This document shows, in pieces, positions 55,391-64,000 of a DNA stretch of 64,000 bases (its first letter is position 1; the number at the start of each line of letters is the position of its first letter). Made by a program: the position numbers and the translations under genes. The notes under the pieces are model-generated. The model was not told where the DNA came from. It searched no databases and was given only the letters and a program-made list of their open reading frames with translations. Location of the stretch: positions 56,792,001 through 56,856,000 of the forward strand of contig OZ024742.1 of the NCBI GenBank assembly GCA_964016885.1. The letters are read 5' to 3'. This DNA is from Eledone cirrhosa (taxonomy: Eukaryota).

Positions 55391-55475
55391 AAATAAAATG
55401 TTTGTTCAAGGACATAACGCATCGCCCGGTCTGGGAATCGAACTCAGAACCTCACGATTGCGAATCAAATATATA

Positions 55476-55508
<33 letters not shown>

Positions 55509-55593
55509 CTACGTACATATATATATGTACACCTATCCGTCCAATGTATATAATATATGTAATATATATATTTATATATATATACATACATAT

Positions 55594-55763
<170 letters not shown>

Positions 55764-56925
55764 GTAAACATACACAAACATCTGTGTATGTTTGTGTAAG
55801 AATTAATATTTACAGTAAACCTATATTAGTAATGTCTCGTTTTTAATTACTTCCCAAATATTTTCTTACTCACATTTTTCAAAGTAATTATATTTCCTGT
55901 AGAACATCTTTCATCTTCTCTTAATTCAAATATAAATTGAATTTTGTTCTTTAGAATATATTATAATATGTTTACTTTTAACACAAACATCTCCGTACCT
56001 ATTTCACCCATTCGTTCCTATCACAATACACATCAACCTTAACCATTCCTACCTCGTATTTGTAAGATAGATGCCGCCATATTTATTCCTTCATAAAACC
56101 TTAATAACATTTTGGATCTTTTTCTTAGCTGCTTTCATTCTAATTCCTGTATAATGTATTTCAGACTTCTAGAATCCACCACTTTTAATATGACTGGCTG
56201 GTTGACTAGCACAGGACAGTTAGGGAGAGATAGATAACTTTCTTTTTATTTAACACCAGGGCGTCAAAGAGTGGGACAAGTACAATGGGAGGAGTTTACA
56301 TAAAAAGACGTCCTCAATAAGGAGGAGGTAATAACAAAATATAAAAATATAAAAATATAAAATATAACAAAAAATAAATAGAATAACAAAATCCTCAATA
56401 GGGAGAGATAGGTAGATAGAAAGAATGAAAGAGAAAGATCTGCTTGCTTGGTTCTGCTACTGAAAACACTAAACAATAGTATTGATTAGACTCGTCAGCG
56501 TTAGTGTTAATGAAATGGGGTTTAATATTTCTTCATTTTGGTATATCCTAAGGTATTACGACCGGAAAGAAAGTGGCAACTTAAGTGTTCAGTCTACCAG
56601 ACTGTTAGATATATATATACATTTCAGTGACAATTTTACACATACAAACACACGCACGTACACACACGCACATGTACACACACACACACGTACGCACGCA
56701 CGCACACACACATACACGCACAAACACACACACATACACACACGCACACACACACACACACACACACACCTTCTTTGCACAAACTGGTTTCGATTTTAAA
56801 ATCTTTTCAAAGTTTCATTATGATTTGTGTTGGTTCTGGTTATATTCATTTCACACACGTTGCTATATGTCATGCTGAGTTATATCCTTCATGTACTGTT
56901 ATACAGACACACGCGCGCGCGCGCG

Positions 56926-56975
<50 letters not shown>

Positions 56976-57304
56976 ATGGACTCTCCCGTCGATATCTGAC
57001 GTATGAGTGTCCAACAAAAGTTAAATGTGAGAAAGCTAACTGATGTTGAACTACCCACACAAAGTTTTGTTTTAAGTTGTGAAGGCTTATATAGGACCAA
57101 CCACAGTTTTTGGAACTGACGACGCCTATCTTCGGTGCAAATGTTTGCCACGGAAAATACAACGAAAGCCCACCACAGGGTGTCCAAATATCACCCTCCT
57201 CACCAAGCAAGCTTGGTGGGGTTGCCGGTTTAATCGCCGACGACCCGACCATGAGACAGGTTGTACTGGGTTACATGTTACCAATAGCACTTGAGAGCGA
57301 CCTG

Positions 57305-57416
<112 letters not shown>

Positions 57417-57462
57417 GAAATGACAGGAAGCTGGACTTGTGTAAATCCTTGAAAGGTTTATT

Positions 57463-57520
57463 ATACTATGATCATTTCAATGACCGGGTTCCGTGTGAAT
57501 CCGGTGATATCATCAGGTAT
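57463..57520 (-). ncRNA. Type I hammerhead ribozyme
   Basis: ATAC CTGATGA TATCACCGGATTC-ACACG-GAACCCGGTCATT GAAA TGATCA TA GTAT, followed by AATAAA. Confidence 0.82.
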
Positions 57521-57607
57521 TCGAAATATAATAAATGGGGCTGAAAATACGGCATCTTCCACCTTTGCCGGTCGCCCTCGAGTTAGGTGGCTAAAGCTTA
57601 TAGTGTG

Positions 57608-58030
57608 CTACTACCGGTCAAATAGAGGAAAACAGAAAGGGAGAGGAAGATAAGTCAGCGTTAATATCATGCCACAAGAAAAAAGAAGGGGGAAGGAAGA
57701 AAAGGAAGAAGAATAAAAGTCAGGGTTAGTGTCCAACTACAAGAAAAAAGACAGAAAGAAAGAGAAAGAAAGGTCGGTACTAATGTCAAACTAGTCAGGC
57801 CAGGAATGTCGCGAAAAGAATTTATTCTAAGAGACCCGTATCTTAACAACTACTACCGGTCAAATATTGGCAACCAAAAAGGGGGAGGAAGATAAGTCAG
57901 CGTTAATATCATGCCACAAGGAGAAAGACAGAAAGAAGGGGGAAGAGAAGGAAGAAAAGGAAGAAGAAAAGTCAGGGTTAATGTTGAGCTACAAGAAGAC
58001 AGAAAGAAAGAGGAAGAAAGGTCGGTACTT
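57608..58030. repeat. Diverged tandem duplication with ~240-bp period, purine-rich
   Basis: CTACTACCGGTCAAATA..GAGGAAGATAAGTCAGCGTTAATATCATGCCACAAG..GGTCGGTACT occurs twice. Confidence 0.8.
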
Positions 58031-58674
58031 AGATATCACTTCTCTGTTTTTAGCCTAAGAAAATATCTATATCCGTGTGTAATTAATACATGCATACATT
58101 TATTTTTTTAAAATTAATTGAGTTCTTAACACGCAGGATTGATAATGTTTTTGAAAAAACTAATTAACCCACGTGTATATTATTTTACTTTTCTTGTGAC
58201 TCGCGATTGCCTACCTTTTCCTCTTCGTGACGCTATGCTATTTCCTCAGTCTAAAGACTGCTGGAATTTCAAATTTGGCGGTCATTTGATGCGTGAAGGG
58301 ATGACTTAGCGGACACGAAAAATAACTGCGGTAAGGAATTTCTTTTCTTATATCAAAGTTTAATGGGCATCCACTGATGATTTATAAGTACCCACCTACA
58401 TATATTCTTACAGAAAAATATGTTAGGCGTCTACATAAACTGGAAACATTCTCCCAACTTGTAGAAAACTTATAATGAAACATTTGTTTGGAAAGAGAGA
58501 TATATTTTAATTTTAATAATATCTCATATAAAATAATACAACTGGCTTTCCACAAAATACATATAGTTAGCACCCCAAACACAAAATTGGGATTATACTA
58601 ACGTATATCCTAATGTTTGTTGAGTGAGATGGTTACCAGTCAGAGTTTAGCTTAAAGCTGTCTCTGTTATTGTA

Positions 58675-58730
<56 letters not shown>

Positions 58731-58734
<4 letters not shown>

Positions 58735-59228
58735 TTAAGGGTACTATTTATGGTTATGTATGCAATAAAACCTTTGATGGTAATATATTATATATACACA
58801 AACCCTAAATAGTGAGAGATAGTCATTAATTACTATCCTATTACCAGTAAGATAAATAGCTCAATGTAATAACATCAGTTGTTTTACAGAGCAGTTATAT
58901 AGAGATTACAGTAATCAAAGTTCAGTTTAAGTCATTTATTTGCTTACAATTGTTTCCTCCAAACCGAGGTTTGGATTCTTCGGAGCAACTATTTATAACA
59001 TACTTGACCTCCTTTTCAACCCAAGAGACACATAAAACATATGCACCCCAAACACATGATGAATGTCACCCCACTGTTGATCAATATGCGCATATGTTTT
59101 ATGTGTCTCTTGGGTTGAAAAGGAGGTCAAGTATGTTATAAATAGTTGCTCCGAAGAATCCAAACCTCCGTTTGGAGGAAACAATTGTAAGCAAATAAAT
59201 GACTTAAACTGAACTTTGATTACTGTAA

Positions 59229-59231
<3 letters not shown>
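58731..59231. mobile_element. Palindromic hammerhead mini-element with 142-bp arms (58903-59044 / 59090-59231); hammerhead at 59146-59194
   Basis: TTGCT CCGAAGA ATCCAAAC-CTCC-GTTTGGAG GAAA CAATTG TA AGCAA, with (TA)n flanks. Confidence 0.85.
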
Positions 59232-59280
<49 letters not shown>

Positions 59281-59285
<5 letters not shown>

Positions 59286-59445
59286 GACGTCCAGAAATAG
59301 CCGTCGAAACAGCTTGAGCTCTGCCGTCAGAGTCCTGAACATGTTCCTATACATATATATATATATATACATATATGACGTCCAGAAATAGCCGTCGGAA
59401 CGGCTTGAGCTCTGCCGTCGGGGTCCTGAACATGTTCCTATACAT
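59281..59445. repeat. Two tandem ~68-bp units separated by (TA)n; third partial copy at 62668-62714
   Basis: GTCCAGAAATAGCCGTCGAAACGGCTTGAGCTCTGCCGTCGGGGTC recurs. Confidence 0.8.
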
Positions 59446-59503
59446 ATATATATATACATATAGCTCGATGGAGCATGCAACTATTGACATACTCTTGTTT
59501 ATA

Positions 59504-59550
59504 GGCTCTGATGATTCCTGCCATGGGGTATGGATGAAACACTGTTAGCT
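59504..59550 (+). ncRNA. Minimal type I hammerhead
   Basis: GGCT CTGATGA TTCCTGCC-ATGG-GGTATGGAT GAAA CACTG TT AGCT, followed by AATAAA. Confidence 0.7.
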
Positions 59551-60281
59551 AATAAAACAATGTATTTCTAAGCACTCTTTGGTTATTGCTATAACTATAT
59601 ATATATATATATAATAAAATGAAGAATTAGAAATAGAAGCCAGGACTATCCATCATCAGTGGTCTACTAGCCATCATAGCTATTTCTTCGTATTACAGAC
59701 CATATACTTCCGGCTTGGGCAATATAATAACTAAAATAAGTTATTGGGATAAAACAAATTGGGTGGAGAAAGAGAGACAGGTAAATAAACACGAATGGTG
59801 AGGCAACGTAAAGAGAGGAAAAAATGAGAAAATCAAGTCAATGATTCATTTTGAACATAAGAACTTGCGAATATTGACGAGAAGGCAAAGACACATCTTG
59901 GCCGTGCGAAAGTGAGCGAGGAAAGAATTTTGTACGGTGTGGGACGATGGAGTGAGAGAGAGGGTGAGTAGCAGAGAGTGAGTGAGTGAAAGTGTGAGGA
60001 AGAGGCTAGCCGAGAGAGGGTGACTAGCAGAGGGGGTGAGTGAAAGTAAGAGGGAGAAGGAGAGAGAAGGGGGAGAGAGAAAGAGGATAGCAGTAAAGGA
60101 AGAGAAAAAGACAGGTCACAGCGAAGGGGAAAACATATATGAATGAAAAATGGCGAGCTGTGTTGTTGCAAGTATGATATATATAATTATTCAAGTAAAG
60201 AAACGTTGGTTGATCAAATAATCGACCGACGTGGGTCCTTTAAATGTATTATCTATAGGTATCAGACAGAGTGTGGATATT

Positions 60282-60368
60282 ATAGAGAGAGAGACGGTCT
60301 TATGTATACATCCTCTGTTTATTATATAATATACCGAGGATGTATACATAAAACCGTCTCTCTTCTAT
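60282..60368. repeat. Short palindrome with ~33-bp arms
   Basis: GAGACGGTCTTATGTATACATCCTC ... GAGGATGTATACATAAAACCGTCTC. Confidence 0.7.
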
Positions 60369-61703
60369 ATAAATATACCTGAAATCCCATTTCATTTGTC
60401 AACTAACACGTCTGTCTATGACCCTCTCACTACCACCATCCTCCACCATAACCATTTGGATTAGAGAAGAGTTCAGTTACGAAATCTATGAAACTTTCCT
60501 GTCTTTCTTTCCTCTTAGTCTAGCCAGCATGTGGGACCCCATTTACTCACCATACAGAGAGATGAGGAGAGGAGAGAGATGGAGATGATGACAGTGGGAG
60601 TTCGGCTCTTCCACGTTCGGACCATATCCTTGTGGCTGTGTTTATCATCTATATAGAGTTATGTCCCCTAGCTTAGAAATTCTGTTTTGTTTTTTTCTAT
60701 CCAGCCGTAGGTAAGTGAGTGCTGACCAATAATTCCGATTTGGGGAATGATGGCTTCTAGCACGATACTGTGGTGGATGTGATGGGATCAAAGTTTTAAA
60801 TTCTCTCAGCGCGAAATGTATGATTAGTAATACATAGCATATTTTATATATCTCTATATTCACTTTTAATCTAAACCATCCTGTATTAGTGCTTCCGCTA
60901 ATTTATATACCTTATTTCTAATATATGTTACATACCATATATTATACATATGTTATACGTCTTATTTCTAATATGTTATATACCGTCTTCCTAATCTTTT
61001 TTATACAACTTATTTCTAATATATGTTATATACCGTATTTCTAGTCATTGTTATTGTGATTCCAAGAGCGAAATGTAATTACTTTGATTCTATATATGGC
61101 TGAAATATATATAATTTTTTTTTTTTTCATATATAAGTTTCATTTCCATATGGTTCACATGTAGATCTGGGTTACACTATAACTTATTTCCACTAAGCTG
61201 AAGGTCATTTTGTTTAGAGAAAGACTGAATGGAACTCAGTATGAAATAAAGATCTCTTTTACCAATGCTGAAAATTGAAAATTGGCAGAATTTAAACAAA
61301 GGATGTGGATGAAACTAAATATTTCAATGCCTTTAGTGTAACACTTATGTTTCTGTCAAATACACAGCTATAGTGGATCATATACAGAACAATGTGATTA
61401 TTATCCGCTGTGGGGTCAGTATGATACACAATAATATTCAATAATCGTCTTTGATACAAGGTATTTAAATGTAGGTTGTATTAGAGAATACGACTAAATA
61501 TAGGTGTAATGTTACCTAAATATAATTAAAGGCCGTGATTTGGCAGGGTCGTTAGGCTATCGAATAAAATACCTCGCGGTGTTAGTTCCTGTTTGGTATG
61601 GTCTAACTTTGAGTCCTGCCGTGGTCGAATTTGCCTTTCATTCTTTCAGGGCACCGATAAATTTACTTGTTTAGTCCTGAGGTCATTTTCATTGTTCTCT
61701 TCC

Positions 61704-61760
<57 letters not shown>

Positions 61761-64000
61761 TCTCTTTCTTCCCCTCTCTCTCTCTCTCTCTTTCTCTCTT
61801 ACTCCCCCTCTCTCTCTCTCTCTCTCTTACTATCTCTCCCTCTCTCTACATAAATATAAAATATATGTATATATATATTATATATAACCACGGGGAAGTT
61901 ATTCCAGAGAGAAACACACACACAAACAAACACACACATACATTCATACATGGTGGCTGCCAACTCGTTTTCGAGTACGGCCACTACTTTATATCCATGT
62001 AGGAGAACCCCTACCGATGCGCTGAACGAGTGTGACATTTTAGTCCAGCCAGCAACTTGAAAACTCTGGTACAAACACTACACCTGTGACAATTATTGAC
62101 ACATAGTGCTGGGCCCATGGTACCATGTGATGACAAGTGCAGAGAGATCTCCAGATATAAAGCAATGCCTGTGCCGTGAAGCTTTTATAGTGAGCAAAGG
62201 CACTGCACAGAGCCAGTCCCACTCTCTTAACCAAGATGATATTTACCAAAAAGAAGACAAGTCAATATCATTGGATACCATCAGGGTTGCAGGTGTTATA
62301 TCAGAGTTTTCCTTCTCCTAGAATTCTGCCTTGACAAAGGCTAAGGGGTCATCTCTCCCGGAAAAACATACATACATACATACATATACGTATGCATGTA
62401 CGTATATATATATAACCTCCCTCCTCCACTTCATACACTAGCCTTAGAATCTGCTGTATACATGTCACTTTCAACGCTCCACTCACTCCCCTATTGTTCT
62501 ACAGGCAAGTTCAGCCACCCCTACCTCCCACCAAATGCCATGATAGACTTATTTGTGTTTACAACAAATTTTAACCAATCCTCTGGACAACTACAATCTT
62601 CCCATATAAGGAAGTACCCTCTTGAAAAGTTCGGCTATTTATTCACCAGGCGAAACATTCTAATTTAGTCCAGAAATAGTCGTCGAAACGGCTTGAGCTC
62701 TGCCGTCGGGGTCATACTTTTTCCTATATATATATATACGTAAGTATGTATGCATGTGTGTGTGTTTAACTCTGAAATAACTCCCCCGTGGTCAAGGCGA
62801 AACCTGGAGAGAGATAGACTTGGCCAGATTTATATCCAGAATATGCGCCATATGTCCCAAATGCACCCCTATCATTTCATTTAGTGTTGATGGCTCAAGA
62901 ATGGAAACGTACATGTTATCAAACATTACTCTTCTAGAAGGTTCTGGACATTGTTCATTGAGTATATGATAATCCACACATTGGAGTGTACAGTAACCAA
63001 TCAGATGTTTATTACTTAAATATAAAGTGCTCACCAAATGTCTACATAAACGATTTACTTATATCCTATTCACTATCAGTAAGTTCTAGTTGAAAGTTTC
63101 AAGGCTCACATAATATTTGAACCATGTAAGCATTGAATACTGTAAAAATGGGATAAGATTATCCAGCAAGAAGAAATGCTGAAGCAGTTTCAACTCCCTT
63201 TTCAAGGGATTTCATTTAATTTTCACGGCTTGGAATAGATACAGGCATGCATAGTCCCGTAACTCCCGAGGGAGTCGTAGGGGAGTCATATTGATATACG
63301 GCGTTTCAAAAGCATTTTTGAACATGGTGAAGCCCAATCCTCTGCATCTCTGAATACAACCGATTTCTTCCAGAGAAGGGAAGAGAGAGGGAGTGAGAGA
63401 ATGGAAGTGAAAAAGAGATATAGAGGAAAAATCGGCCCCAGTACTATACTGATACTTTTTTTATCGACCTCGAATGGATGAAAGGCAAAATTGACCTCGG
63501 CACTATTTTATCTGAGAGAGCAAGTAGTCGAAACGAATACCGTAAAGTATTCTATACGAGGCACCAAAGACGCTGCTAATTCACCGCCTTTTGAAATAGA
63601 TAAAAACACCCAATGCATCTTGGTTCCCAAATATTAAGCAATTACCCTTCAAGCCAGTGGATTTAGTATCTCCTGAAAATCTATGGGAGGCATCTATAAA
63701 TTCCATGTAAGTGCCAGTGTTGGGGCACCACCATTACATGTTAAACATTTTCTATCTGTTATTAAAAGAGAAATTAAAACTGCTTCCTGATCCTTAATTA
63801 GTCTTTTGAATCTCAAGGAAATCATCTTAGTGGTTAGGTGTATCAAGGACGAGTTATCTTGATGAAAAATATTTTTCTCTGGTGTAAGGACATATGACAC
63901 AAACAGACAGGGGAAGGGAGCAATAAATAAACTGAAATAACTTTCCAGGAATCGAAACTGCTACAGAATCATACCATTGTAAGATTTACGAAACCTTTCT

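Noticed and set aside
63694-63900. Tc1/mariner transposase fragment (IFHQDNS)
   Set aside because: A single short motif without the downstream SPDLNPIE-type signature.

Overview
Eukaryotic, AT-rich, microsatellite-dense DNA. The SINE families and repeat landscape suggest an invertebrate, possibly a cephalopod (inference). No host protein-coding gene can be supported. The window is a nest of retroelements: L1/Tx1-like LINEs at (TTA)n, an intact-ORF R4/Dong-like RLE element flanked by (TACA)n, five Penelope-like element (PLE) coding remnants including two Naiad-like ones, RTE and CR1 fragments, and many tRNA-headed SINEs. The most notable signal is absent from the ORF track. About 18 loci carry manually foldable minimal type I hammerhead ribozymes (stem I / CUGANGA / stem II / GAAA / often palindromic stem III / UH), and there are several more decayed ones. 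Most lie in short non-coding modules wedged into (TA)n/(CA)n tracts, either as long hairpin palindromes or as ~420-490 bp terminally redundant, retrozyme-like units. All folds were read by eye and not computed.
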